DNA of 64,000 nucleotides from NCBI RefSeq assembly GCF_988243305.1, contig NZ_OZ547136.1; one strand, 5' to 3'. Shown piece by piece: positions 43,761 to 56,432 of this stretch (position 1 is its first letter; each line of letters starts with the position of its first letter). The notes under the pieces were generated by a model. It saw only the letters and a program-made list of their open reading frames with translations, ran no database searches and was not told where the DNA came from. The position numbers and the translations under genes were made by a program.

Positions 43761-43873
43761 ATAGGGCTCCTCGAATTTTAGGATAATGGAAGGCACTACC
43801 CGGTTTAAGGACGCGCCTTCATATTTGTGGGACTTATAATTATTTTGAAATATTGAGGTAATACGCTGTTGGA

Positions 43874-44212
43874 TCAGGCCTCCGCCGGTAGCCGTAATCG
43901 ATTTGCCGAGCCGCAGACGGCGATTTTGCTTCTGACCACCTCTTTCATGGCGTCCATGCCAACCCGCATGTAAAAGCGCGGATCGTTGCTCTGCTGATTT
44001 TCAGCAAACCAAGCTTTGATAGCGTCAGAGAAGGCGATCTTCAACTCGGTTGCAACGTTGACTTTGCAGACGCCTGGCCCAATGGTGCGACGAACATACT
44101 CATCCGGCACATCGCTCGCCCCATGCAGCACAAAGCGGGCAAAACAAACGGCATAAATTCCATTTGTTTTGCCCGCTTTGTGCTGCCTCACCATTTCTGT
44201 CAGATGTTTCAC
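43874..44212 (-). pseudogene. kbaZ'-'kbaY deletion fusion (tagatose-bisphosphate aldolase subunit N-terminus fused to class II aldolase C-terminus)
   Basis: (V)[22 protein letters not shown] matches the KbaZ/AgaZ N-terminus. From [22 protein letters not shown]...DPR.Y onward it matches the C-terminus of KbaY/GatY-type aldolases. The junction lies near 44130-44143. Confidence 0.6.
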
Positions 44213-44293
44213 TTTCCTCTCCAGTTCAGATTGCTGCGATATTAATCTTTCGTTTTGTTTCAGTTGATACTGCGTCATGGTGAGATAAAAATA

Positions 44294-44452
44294 AAACGAA
44301 AGATAATAGTTTTCTGATCTGATTCACAAAAGAAACATAATGAAAGTCAGTGAAACGAGAGTAGCTTGCGCCAATGGGCAAGGTGGGCTTGCATTTGCTT
44401 AATAGAAAGGCGTTAATAGGCAAAACGAAATGAAACGAAAGTTTTACGAAAG
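44294..44452. promoter_or_regulatory. agaR / kbaZ divergent control region with repeated AAACGAAA(G) AgaR-operator-like motifs
   Basis: aaacgaaag (44294), gaaacgaga (44352), aaacgaaatgaaacgaaagttttacgaaagg (44423-44452). The core CTTTCGTTT matches my recollection of the AgaR operator consensus. Confidence 0.5.
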
Positions 44453-44460
44453 GACTTACT

Positions 44461-45285
44461 ATGAGTAATACCGACGCTTCAGGTGAGAAGCGAGTGACAG
44501 GCACCAGCGAGCGACGAGAACAGATCATTCAGCGTCTGCGACAGCAAGGGAGTGTGCAGGTTAACGATCTGTCGGCATTGTATGGCGTATCTACTGTGAC
44601 GATCCGCAACGATCTGGCGTTTCTGGAAAAGCAGGGAATCGCTGTGCGTGCCTATGGTGGCGCGTTGATCTGCGATAGCACGACGCCGTCAGTCGAGCCA
44701 TCAGTGGAAGACAAAAGCGCACTGAACACCGCGATGAAACGCAGCGTTGCGAAAGCTGCCGTTGAGTTGATTCAGCCAGGTCATCGGGTGCTCCTCGATT
44801 CCGGGACCACCACTTTTGAGATTGCTCGTCTGATGCGCAAGCACACTGACGTAATTGCGATGACCAACGGTATGAACGTGGCTAATGCGTTGCTGGAAGC
44901 GGAAGGCGTTGAGCTGCTGATGACCGGCGGGCATTTGCGCCGTCAGTCGCAATCTTTTTACGGCGATCAGGCTGAGCAATCGCTGCAAAATTACCACTTC
45001 GATATGCTGTTTCTTGGTGTAGATGCGATCGATCTGGAGCGCGGCGTCAGCACGCATAATGAAGATGAAGCCCGTTTAAACCGCCGGATGTGCGAAGTTG
45101 CGGAACGGATCATCGTGGTCACCGATTCCAGTAAGTTCAATCGTTCCAGTTTACATAAGATCATTGATACTCAACGTATCGACATGATCATTGTTGATGA
45201 AGGCATTCCTGCGGATAGTCTGGAAGGCTTGCGAAAGGCTGGGGTTGAAGTGATTCTGGTCGGGGAGCTCGCGTCTTCGCTGTGA
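44461..45285 (+). CDS. agaR: DeoR-family repressor of N-acetylgalactosamine genes
   Basis: 274-aa [62 protein letters not shown]... recognised as AgaR. Confidence 0.85.
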   Translation: MSNTDASGEKRVTGTSERREQIIQRLRQQGSVQVNDLSALYGVSTVTIRNDLAFLEKQGIAVRAYGGALICDSTTPSVEPSVEDKSALNTAMKRSVAKAAVELIQPGHRVLLDSGTTTFEIARLMRKHTDVIAMTNGMNVANALLEAEGVELLMTGGHLRRQSQSFYGDQAEQSLQNYHFDMLFLGVDAIDLERGVSTHNEDEARLNRRMCEVAERIIVVTDSSKFNRSSLHKIIDTQRIDMIIVDEGIPADSLEGLRKAGVEVILVGELASSL

Positions 45286-45347
45286 TTCACTATGCCCGAT
45301 AAACAAGCGTTATCGGGCATAATACAACTTAATGTATGAAGAGAATA

Positions 45348-46490
45348 TCAGGCCACCGGTGCCGGGTTAAACACTGCCAGTTGGTTATGCAATCCCCATT
45401 GATCCGAGAGGGTTTTCTTCTTCCCGCTGGCGACGTCGAGAATAAAGTGGAACAACTTCCAGCCCACCTCTTCAATGGTTTCTTCGCCGGTAGCGATAGT
45501 GCCTGCGTTAATATCCATTAAATCAAACCAGTGGTTCGCCAGCCCGGTGCGGGTCGCCATTTTAATGACGGGTACCTCCATCAGGCCGTACGGCGTACCA
45601 CGGCCGGTCGTAAACACTTGCACGGTGATACCCGAAGCCACCTGTTGCGTGCCACAGACAAAATCTCTGGCTGGCGTCGCGGCGTAAATTAATTCGCGTT
45701 TAGTCGGGTGTTGACCGGGCGACAGCACTTCAACAATTGCGGTTTTACCCGATTTAGCAATGGAGCCGAGTGCTTTCTTTACCACGTTGGCGAGGCCGCC
45801 CTTTTAGTTGCCCGGCGAAGGGTTGGCGCTGCGGTCGGTTTTGCCCATATCGGGATAGTTATCGTATCAGGCCATCTCTTCGAGCAGACGCCTGCCCACT
45901 TCTTCATTGATGGCGCGTGGCGTTAACAGATGAATGGCGTCGCGTACTTCAGTGACTTCGGAGAACATCACCGTTGCGCCGCAGCGCACCAGCAGGTCAG
46001 AGTCGTAGCCGACAGCGGGGTTAGTGGTAACGCCGGAGAACGCGTCGCTGCCACCGCACTGCATGCCCACCACCATCACTTCGCCACCGAAGTTTGGGTT
46101 CAGCGCAATATTATGGATGGTGCGAATTGGCACCACGGCGGCCGGTACATTAATCGCTACGCCACAGCCGTAGAGGTGGTTCAAGTCGACCACGCCGTCG
46201 ATGCTCAGGTATTTCGGCAGCAGGTCGCGTTCGATAATTTTAACCACGTAGTCCTCAACGTCTGCCATGCAGTGCACGCTGGTGGTAATACCCAACAGGT
46301 TTTTGGTGCCCACGCTGCCGTCGGCGTTGCGGTAACCTTCAAAGGTGTAATCTTCCTGCGGCTGCTGCGGCTCCGGCACTTTGGTCGCCCGAGGCAGGGT
46401 GTTAAGCGGCGGCGCTTTCGGTAGCGTGACCGTGGATTCGTCGATCCAGCTGCCTTTGGCGACATCGCGTACCGTGTAACCGATAGCGAA
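45348..46490 (-). pseudogene. garD: galactarate dehydratase gene, decayed (5' truncation, internal deletion, stop/frameshift)
   Basis: ORFs 45348..45785 and 45867..46598 carry GarD segments (...GSWIDES...[27 protein letters not shown]...NFGGEVMV|[13 protein letters not shown]...LLEEM* and ...[10 protein letters not shown]...[11 protein letters not shown]). The segment between GGEVMV and VGMQCGG is missing and the N-terminus is unrelated. Confidence 0.8.
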
Positions 46491-47104
46491 TGATTTCACC
46501 ATTATGAGGAAGGTTGTTATCCCTTTTCTGGCGTATTCGTCATTCCATTCGTATCCCCGGTACCGGATGTTTATATCGTACAGTGCCGGTGCTGGCATGC
46601 TTTCCTGCAGGTCTGCACCGGTTTAACAAACAAAACTTAACAGAGTCTGAAGGAGTAGTATTCCGTGCAAATAACCGAAGCGTTACTTTCAGAGCCGAGA
46701 GATATCTGGCGTTTTGTTCAGCAGGCGGTGGACCACTGGCCGCGTCTGCTGGCAGTCCACTTCACGCGTCATTCGACCAGAGTAAATATTGATGATTACT
46801 AGATTCGTGTATTTTATCAGGCATTTTACTTGCGAATAAATCCCCTTGCTATCCAGCGAAACCACACAGGTAGCTATTACCATATGTGGTAATACACTAG
46901 TTACAGGAAAAATATGCAAGTTCCGCAATACGTTGTTTGTTGCTCCTTAGCCAGGATCTTTTCTTCCATGCGAGATATGACAACAATTTTGAGGAAGGAT
47001 GTTCGTAACTGGTTAGACTGGCCCCCTGAATCTCCAGACAACCAGTATCACTTATTTAAGTGATAGTCTTAATACTAGTTTTTAGACTAGTCATTGGAGA
47101 GCAG

Positions 47105-47470
47105 ATGATTGATGTCTTAGGACCGGAGAAACGCAGACGGCGTACCACACAGGAAAAGATCGCAATTGTTCAGCAGAGCTTTGAACCGGGGATGACGGTC
47201 TCCCTCGTTGCCCGGCAACATGGTGTAGCAGCCAGCCAGTTATTTCTCTGGCGTAAGCAATACCAGGAAGGAAGTCTTACTGCTGTCGCCGCCGGAGAAC
47301 AGGTTGTTCCTGCCTCTGAACTTGCTGCCGCCATGAAGCAGATTAAAGAACTCCAGCGCCTGCTCGGCAAGAAAACGATGGAAAATGAACTCCTCAAAGA
47401 AGCCGTTGAATATGGACGGGCAAAAAAGTGGATAGCGCACGCGCCCTTATTGCCCGGGGATGGGGAGTAA
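47105..47470 (+). CDS. insC: IS2 InsC (OrfA)
   Basis: [53 protein letters not shown]... recognised as IS2 InsC. Confidence 0.9.
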
Positions 47471-48333
47471 GCTTAGTCAGCCGTTGTCTCCGGGTGTCGC
47501 GTGCGCAGTTGCACGTCATTCTCAGACGAACCGATGACTGGATGGATGGCCGCCGCAGTCGTCACACTGATGATACGGATGTGCTTCTCCGTATACACCA
47601 TGTTATCGGAGAGCTGCCCACGTATGGTTATCGTCGGGTATGGACGCTGCTTCGCAGACAGGCAGAACTTGATGGTATGCCTGCGATCAATGCCAAACGT
47701 GTTTACCGGATCATGCGCCAGAATGCGCTGTTGCTTGAGCGAAAACCTGCTGTACCGCCATCGAAACGGGCACATACCGGCAGAGTGGCTGTGAAAGAAA
47801 GTAATCAGCGATGGTGCTCTGACGGGTTCGAGTTCCGCTGTGATAACGGAGAAAAACTGCGAGTCACGTTCGCGCTGGACTGCTGTGACCGTGAGGCACT
47901 GCACTGGGCGGTCACTACGGGCGGCTTCAACAGTGAAACAGTACAGGACGTCATGCTGGGAGCGGTGGAACGCCGCTTCGGCAACGAGCTTCCGGCGTCT
48001 CCAGTAGAGTGGCTGACGGATAATGGTTCATGCTACCGGGCTAATGAAACACGGCAGTTTGCCCGGATGTTGGGGCTTGAACCGAAGAGCACGGCGGTGC
48101 GGAGTCCGGAGAGTAACGGAATAGCAGAGAGCTTTGTGAAAACGATAAAGCGTGACTACATCAGTGTCATGCCCAAACCAGACGGGTTAACGGCAGCAAA
48201 GAACCTTGCAGAGGCGTTCGAGCATTATAACGAATGGCATCCGCATAGTGCACTGGGTTATCGCTCGCCACGGGAATATCTACGGCAGCAAGCCAGTAAT
48301 GGGTTAAGTGATAACAGGCGTCTGGAAATATAG
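47428..48333 (+). CDS. insD: IS2 InsD (OrfB, DDE transposase)
   Basis: 301-aa ORF overlapping insC, with an rve-type core (WCSDGFEF...LTDNGSCY...PESNGIAE). Confidence 0.9.
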
Positions 48334-49045
48334 GGGCAAATCCACTGGTAGAGTTACTACAACAAGCATGGGAGGCTCTGACTCTGACAGACATTGTACT
48401 GTGGAATGTTGTTACAGGTTGGGGCGGCAACCGTGCCAGGAGACCATGAGCCGTTCACGGCATTAAAGGCCACACTTCAGTCGTTTACATTCCCTATGGT
48501 GGCAGGCATCTTCCATTAAGGCGTCAGAGCGTTACCAACGTTATGTTGTCATGGCTCATCTTTCATAGTCGATGCTTATCTGGTGGCTGAAACTAGCCGC
48601 AGATAAAGAGTGTGAAGTTGATACCATGGAGTGGAGTGACGTGCAGGCAGGAGATTCGCTCTATGCAGGGTTGTGAGATAAATTCAAACCGGCTGGCAGC
48701 GCCAGTGATATTCGAAGATTCGTCCGGTTGTTACCCAGTATGCATTAAAAACCCAGACATTATGGACAATATAACGGCTTCTACAACAAGGAAGTGCCTG
48801 TTTACCATCCGGGTGTAATGACTCACCTTTGTGGGCTTTTGCCCGTCGCGCTCTTAACGTTGAAGACATTCTCTGCCTGCCGATTCAGGACTGCGACAAA
48901 AGCCATATCTGGCTACTGGTCAAGGATGACCAGCGTCTGGAGTAGGTGATAAGCCAAATAGATAAGCTGGAATATGTGGTGAAAGTGCAACGTAATCAGT
49001 CCAATCCGACGATGTTTAACAAGATTGTGGTGTTTTTTCAGTAAG

Positions 49046-49831
49046 TCATTCGTCTTCTGAATCAGGTGTAATGATCTTTACAGAACCATTCTGGCAGTGC
49101 GTAACATAATCTGCCGGTAACGGACGATCGCTAATCAGAACGTCAAATGCAGAGATCGGTGCGAGGCTGGCAGAGGCCACTTCATCGAACAACGCGTGGC
49201 GGGCGAGCAAAATTTTCCGTAGTCCACGGTTCATCGCTTTACGCTTAGTGGCAAGATCTTCAGGGTTAAACCAGCTGACGCCAAAGTGATTATGCACACC
49301 GCTGGCGGAAATAAATATTTTTCGCGGATTGAGAGAGTCTAATGGCGAAGAGTTACTGGCATCGTAAAAAGCATCACTTCTGGCACGATACGTACCACCA
49401 CAAAGTATTGCTGTTACATTAGGCTTTTCATTCAACGCAACAAAGACGCGATGTGAGTAACAGATACCGGTGAAGGTGATTGCATCCGGGATCATGCTTA
49501 TAACGAGTGGTATCTCCTGGCCATTATCAAAGAAGATCAGATCATTTTCATTAACCATTCCGGCAGCCAGAATTGCAATAGGTAAGTCATCACGATGATT
49601 TTTTGGAACGTCATGGATTACTGGCATGGATGGCGCGGGTTTATTCACCATTACAATATAGCCACCCAGTAGGGTCAGTGGCAGAGGTTCATCTTCCTGA
49701 TGGAGATCGCGACGAATAGTCATTACAGAAACTTCCAGCATTCGCGCTGCGTCTTTCAAATGGATTCTGTCGGTTTTCTTAAGCAGTTCCATCAAACGTC
49801 GGATACGCTCTTTTTGCTTCGTTTCCATCAA
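49046..49831 (-). CDS. deoQ: DeoR-family repressor of the deoxyribose-utilisation operon
   Basis: 261-aa ORF with the DeoR HTH IHLKDAARMLEVSVMTIRRDL; divergent from the kinase-permease-epimerase operon, as described for deoQ-deoKPX. Confidence 0.7.
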   Translation of the reverse strand: MMETKQKERIRRLMELLKKTDRIHLKDAARMLEVSVMTIRRDLHQEDEPLPLTLLGGYIVMVNKPAPSMPVIHDVPKNHRDDLPIAILAAGMVNENDLIFFDNGQEIPLVISMIPDAITFTGICYSHRVFVALNEKPNVTAILCGGTYRARSDAFYDASNSSPLDSLNPRKIFISASGVHNHFGVSWFNPEDLATKRKAMNRGLRKILLARHALFDEVASASLAPISAFDVLISDRPLPADYVTHCQNGSVKIITPDSEDE

Positions 49832-50133
49832 CTCTCTCTCCGTAAGAATGTTATAAAAATAACATTTTGGCGTTAGTAAACATTGTTTTCATTACCATAC
49901 TATACGACCGCCCCTTTGAAATGAAAAGGGTATAGGCTGCTGAGTTTTGGGCACTAATCTTGTTAGGTTGCTTATGATTAGATAGTGTTGGCCTGAGTGA
50001 TGAGACTGGAAGTCTATTAAATAAACATCGGGTTGATGTGCTAATCGCGATCTCAGTCACAAATGATGCAAAAGTAACATGCTAATGTTATTTAAATACC
50101 ATTGTTATGCGAAAGTTTATAAGAGGTAGTGAA

Positions 50134-51054
50134 ATGGACATTGCAGTTATTGGTTCCAATATGGTGGATCTCATTACTTACACTAATCAGATGCCTAAAG
50201 AAGGAGAAACTCTGGAAGCACCTGCCTTCAAAATCGGATGTGGTGGGAAAGGTGCTAATCAAGCGGTGGCGGCGGCTAAATTGAATTCAAAAGTCCTGAT
50301 GCTGACTAAAGTAGGTGATGATATTTTTGCGGATAATACTATTCGTAATCTCGAATCATGGGGAATTAATACCACTTATGTTGAGAAGGTCCCCTGTACC
50401 AGCAGTGGTGTTGCACCGATCTTTGTTAATGCCAACTCGAGCAATAGTATATTAATAATTAAGGGAGCGAATAAATTTCTTTCCCCGGAAGATATCGATC
50501 GAGCTGCAGAAGATCTGAAAAAATGCAAATTGATCGTTTTACAACTGGAAGTTCAACTGGAAACAGTTTACCACGCGATTGAGTTTGGTAAGAAAAATGG
50601 TATTGAAGTGTTATTAAATCCGGCTCCGGCATTGCGTGAGTTAGATATGTCTTATGCCTGCAAATGTGATTTCTTTATTCCGAATGAAACAGAACTGGAA
50701 ATATTAACCGGTATGTCGGTTGATACTTATGATCATATTCGTTTGGCCGCACGTTCGTTAGTTGATAAAGGGCTGAACAATATTATTGTTACCATGAGCG
50801 AAAAAGGCGCATTATGGATGACCCGCGATCAGGAAGTCCATGTTCCTGCATTCAAAGTAAATGCTGTTGATACTAGTGGCGCTGGTGACGCATTTATTGG
50901 TTGCTTTTCCCATTATTATGTTCAAAGCGGTGATGTTGAAGCCGCTTTGAAAAAAGCCGCTCTCTTTGCCGCTTTCAGCGTCACAGGGAAAGGTACGCAA
51001 TCATCTTATCCGAGTATTGAACAATTTAATGAATTTTTAACCTTAAACGAATAA
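50134..51054 (+). CDS. deoK: deoxyribokinase (PfkB/ribokinase family)
   Basis: Met at 50134 after an AGAGGT RBS. MDIAVIGSNMVDLI...GGKGANQAVAAAKL...DTSGAGDAFIG ribokinase signatures. The gene context matches the deoK operon. Confidence 0.75.
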   Translation: MDIAVIGSNMVDLITYTNQMPKEGETLEAPAFKIGCGGKGANQAVAAAKLNSKVLMLTKVGDDIFADNTIRNLESWGINTTYVEKVPCTSSGVAPIFVNANSSNSILIIKGANKFLSPEDIDRAAEDLKKCKLIVLQLEVQLETVYHAIEFGKKNGIEVLLNPAPALRELDMSYACKCDFFIPNETELEILTGMSVDTYDHIRLAARSLVDKGLNNIIVTMSEKGALWMTRDQEVHVPAFKVNAVDTSGAGDAFIGCFSHYYVQSGDVEAALKKAALFAAFSVTGKGTQSSYPSIEQFNEFLTLNE

Positions 51055-51081
51055 TCATCCTGCACAGTTAAAGGTAGCACT

Positions 51082-52398
51082 ATGAACGATAAAAACATCA
51101 TTCAGATGCCTGATGGGTATCTGAATAAGACTCCCTTGTTCCAGTTTATTTTGTTATCGTGTTTATTCCCGCTATGGGGATGCGCAGCTGCATTAAATGA
51201 CATATTAATCACTCAATTCAAAAGTGTATTTTCGCTAAGTAACTTTGCTTCAGCATTGGTGCAGAGCGCATTTTATGGAGGTTATTTTTTAATTGCAATA
51301 CCAGCATCCCTTGTGATTAAAAAGACCAGTTATAAGGTGGCAATTTTAATTGGCCTGACGCTGTATATTGGTGGTTGTACACTTTTTTTCCCTGCCTCGC
51401 ATATGGCAACCTACACTATGTTCCTTGCAGCTATTTTTGCGATTGCGATTGGCCTGAGTTTCCTTGAAACTGCAGCGAACACATACAGTTCAATGATCGG
51501 TCCAAAAGCCTATGCCACATTGCGGCTCAATATCAGCCAGACCTTTTATCCGATTGGTGCTGCGTCTGGTATTTTATTGGGCAAATATCTGGTTTTCTCC
51601 GAGGGGGAAAGCCTTGAGAAGCAGATGTCCGGAATGAACGCCGAGCAAATTCACAACTTTAAGGTGCTGATGTTAGAGAACACCCTTGAACCGTATAAGT
51701 ATATGATTATGATTCTGGTTGTGGTCATGGTGTTGTTCCTTTTAACCCGCTTCCCAACCTGTAAAGTGGCACAGACAAGTCACCATAAACGCCCGTCAGC
51801 AATGGATACGCTGCGCTATCTGGCTAAAAATTCGCGCTTTCGTCGTGGTATTGTGGCTCAATTCCTTTATGTGGGTATGCAGGTCGCAGTATGGTCATTT
51901 ACCATCCGTCTGGCACTGGAGTTGGGCGATATCAACGAACGTGATGCTTCAAACTTCATGGTCTACAGCTTTGCCTGCTTCTTTATTGGCAAGTTTATAG
52001 CCAACATCCTTATGACACGTTTTAATCCGGAAAAAGTCCTAATTCTCTATTCCGTTATAGGGGCGCTGTTTCTGGCATATGTTGCACTGGCTCCAAGTTT
52101 CAGCGCGGTCTATGTCGCCGTCCTGGTAAGTGTTTTGTTTGGCCCTTGCTGGGCGACGATCTATGCAGGAACACTGGATACAGTTGATAACGAACATACA
52201 GAAATGGCAGGAGCAGTCATTGTTATGGCTATTGTTGGCGCAGCGGTGGTTCCGGCAATTCAGGGGTATATTGCAGATATGTTCCACTCACTACAGCTTT
52301 CATTCCTGGTTTCTATGCTCTGTTTTGTCTATGTCGGTGTCTACTTCTGGCGTGAAAGCAAAGTACGTAATGCACTGGCTGAAGTCACAGAGTCCTGA
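51082..52398 (+). CDS. deoP: MFS sugar permease of the FucP family (deoxyribose permease)
   Basis: 438-aa 12-TM-type ORF with a FucP-like N-terminus; operon position. Confidence 0.75.
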   Translation: MNDKNIIQMPDGYLNKTPLFQFILLSCLFPLWGCAAALNDILITQFKSVFSLSNFASALVQSAFYGGYFLIAIPASLVIKKTSYKVAILIGLTLYIGGCTLFFPASHMATYTMFLAAIFAIAIGLSFLETAANTYSSMIGPKAYATLRLNISQTFYPIGAASGILLGKYLVFSEGESLEKQMSGMNAEQIHNFKVLMLENTLEPYKYMIMILVVVMVLFLLTRFPTCKVAQTSHHKRPSAMDTLRYLAKNSRFRRGIVAQFLYVGMQVAVWSFTIRLALELGDINERDASNFMVYSFACFFIGKFIANILMTRFNPEKVLILYSVIGALFLAYVALAPSFSAVYVAVLVSVLFGPCWATIYAGTLDTVDNEHTEMAGAVIVMAIVGAAVVPAIQGYIADMFHSLQLSFLVSMLCFVYVGVYFWRESKVRNALAEVTES

Positions 52399-52409
52399 GG
52401 AGAATCGTT

Positions 52410-53423
52410 ATGAGTACGCGTATTTATTTGTGGCGGGCGCTTTTTGGCGAAAAACCTCGTATCTTGCTGGAAAATAGTGATTTTACTGTCACGTCTTTTC
52501 GCTATGACAGTGGTGTCGAGGGGCTTAAAATTGCAAACAGTCGTGGACATTTAATTATTCTTCCCTGGATGGGGCAGATGATTTGGGATGCGCAATTTGA
52601 TGGACACAGTCTCACCATGTGCAATATGTTTCGCCAGCCTAAACCGGCGACAGAGGTGATAGAGACCTATGGCTGTTTTGCCTTTCATTCAGGTTTGCTG
52701 GCTAATGGCTGCCCATCTGCGGAAGATACTCATCTGCTACACGGTGAAATGGCCTGTGCCGCGATGGATGAAGCATGGATGGAATTAGAGGGAGATATGT
52801 TACGCCTTACCGGGCGTTACGAGTATGTAATGGGGTTCGGGCATCATTATCTGGCTCAGCCAACAGTGGTCCTTCACAAATCCTCTACACTGTTCGATAT
52901 TAAGATGGCCGTAACCAATCTGGCTTCTGTAGATATGCCACTACAATATATGTGCCACATGAATTATGCATATATACCAAATGCTACGTTCAGCCAGAAT
53001 ATACCGGACGAAATATTAAGGTTGCGTGAATCAGTACCTTCGCATGTTAATCCCACCCCTCAGTGGCTGGCGTTTAATCAACGGATTATGCAGGGGGAAT
53101 CCTCTCTGTCGACGCTGAATCAACCGGAATTTTATGATCCAGAAATTGTCTTCTTTGCAGATAAACTGGACGCTTACACAGATCAGCCAGAGTTTCGCAT
53201 GATCGCTCCCGATGGCACTACGTTTGTTACTCGTTTCTCCAGTGCTGAACTAAATTATGTGACACGCTGGATCCTTTATAACGGCGAGCAACAGGTAGCC
53301 GCCTTTGCATTACCAGCAACCTGTCGACCTGAGGGGTATCTTGCCGCGCAACGTAATGGCACGCTGATTCAGGTTGCACCGCAGCAAACGCGCACTTTTA
53401 CAGTCACCACAGGTATTGAATAA
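52410..53423 (+). CDS. deoX: aldose-1-epimerase-like (DUF4432) protein
   Basis: 337-aa ORF, last gene of the operon. The mutarotase-like assignment rests on context and general sequence character. Confidence 0.6.
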   Translation: MSTRIYLWRALFGEKPRILLENSDFTVTSFRYDSGVEGLKIANSRGHLIILPWMGQMIWDAQFDGHSLTMCNMFRQPKPATEVIETYGCFAFHSGLLANGCPSAEDTHLLHGEMACAAMDEAWMELEGDMLRLTGRYEYVMGFGHHYLAQPTVVLHKSSTLFDIKMAVTNLASVDMPLQYMCHMNYAYIPNATFSQNIPDEILRLRESVPSHVNPTPQWLAFNQRIMQGESSLSTLNQPEFYDPEIVFFADKLDAYTDQPEFRMIAPDGTTFVTRFSSAELNYVTRWILYNGEQQVAAFALPATCRPEGYLAAQRNGTLIQVAPQQTRTFTVTTGIE

Positions 53424-53502
53424 CCACATTTACGCGCTTATCGCTAAGGTAAGCGCCATTCTGCCTGCAGAAATCTACCTGCCGAAGTGATGCTTCAGTG
53501 GT

Positions 53503-53870
53503 AAGCGGCTCACCAAAACCGTATTGATATTTACTGAGAGGCCAGCTCAACTATTTAGAGCAACAGATCGTGTACCCGGTTTGCCGGCCAGTCCTAGATA
53601 TGCTCAATGACATAACGCATCCATTTTTCTGGCTCCACATCGTTCAGACGGCATGTGCACAATACCAAAACGGCAAGCGTTTGAGGCGAAGCACATATAT
53701 ACAGGACAGCTTTATCGTCATTGCATTACCGAAACGGCTTTCATCGCTGCAAGGTTTTTCTTTGCCGGAATGTATCCGGTCAGCTTATACCCTGCTGATA
53801 ACCTGCGCCCTTAAACATGCGGGCTGCAGCCTGTTGAGCCTGCCTGAAATGAGCTAGGATTAGGTGAAAC
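53503..53870 (-). mobile_element. IS66-family element fragment (terminal IR plus transposase C-terminus only)
   Basis: gtaagcggctcacc at 53503 resembles the IS66-family GTAAGCG terminus. The minus-strand translation ...CRLNDVEPEKWMRYVIEHI*DWPANRVHDLL matches the conserved TnpC C-terminal motif and carries stops. Confidence 0.5.
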
Positions 53871-54194
53871 ACCTATCCATCTTGGTGTACTGTACATATG
53901 AAGCATGTGCCTTGATGCAGCTTGTAGCGATTTGTATGCAACCGATGACATTAATCCGTAAGACATGGGAAAAGATAGCAACTGAGATCCTAAGTTTGAA
54001 TGTTATCACGCCTGCGTTTGAGAAACTTCGTTGGAAAAGTAACCTCGGTAAACCCCCGTGCCCTGAGCTCATTCCGGAGATGCTGTCATAGTGACCGTCT
54101 TGCTATTGGTGGGAATTGGAGACTGAATGTTTTGACAAGACAGTCCGGGAAATTCTGGGTGTAATCATATAAGGCAGGTGATATTGCGTTCTCC

Positions 54195-56432
<2,238 letters not shown>

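Larger units (their letters stand above)
47014..48344 (+). mobile_element. IS2 (IS3 family), 1331 bp, 5-bp TSD CTGGT
   Basis: Ends tagactggccccctgaatctccagaca ... ggaaatataggggcaaatcca; flanked by ctggt on both sides; InsC/InsD proteins recognised. Confidence 0.92.

Noticed and set aside
46664-46801. Short GTG-initiated frame VQITEALLSEPRDIWRFVQQAVDHWPRLLAVHFTRHSTRVNIDDY* that vaguely resembles the N-terminus of YagK/YfjJ (Gp2-like) proteins
   Set aside because: It is only ~45 codons and the resemblance is weak (the RLLAV...R pattern). That is insufficient to call a pseudogene without a database search.
48345-49045. About 700 bp between IS2 and deoQ with several short broken frames, possibly relics of CP4-type island genes
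   Set aside because: I could not match any frame to a family with confidence. It is left unannotated.
53864-54091. 75-aa ORF containing ...[19 protein letters not shown]..., reminiscent of the zinc-ribbon N-terminus of IS1595-family transposases
   Set aside because: The match covers ~15 residues and lacks the second Cys pair, so it is too weak to report as a feature.
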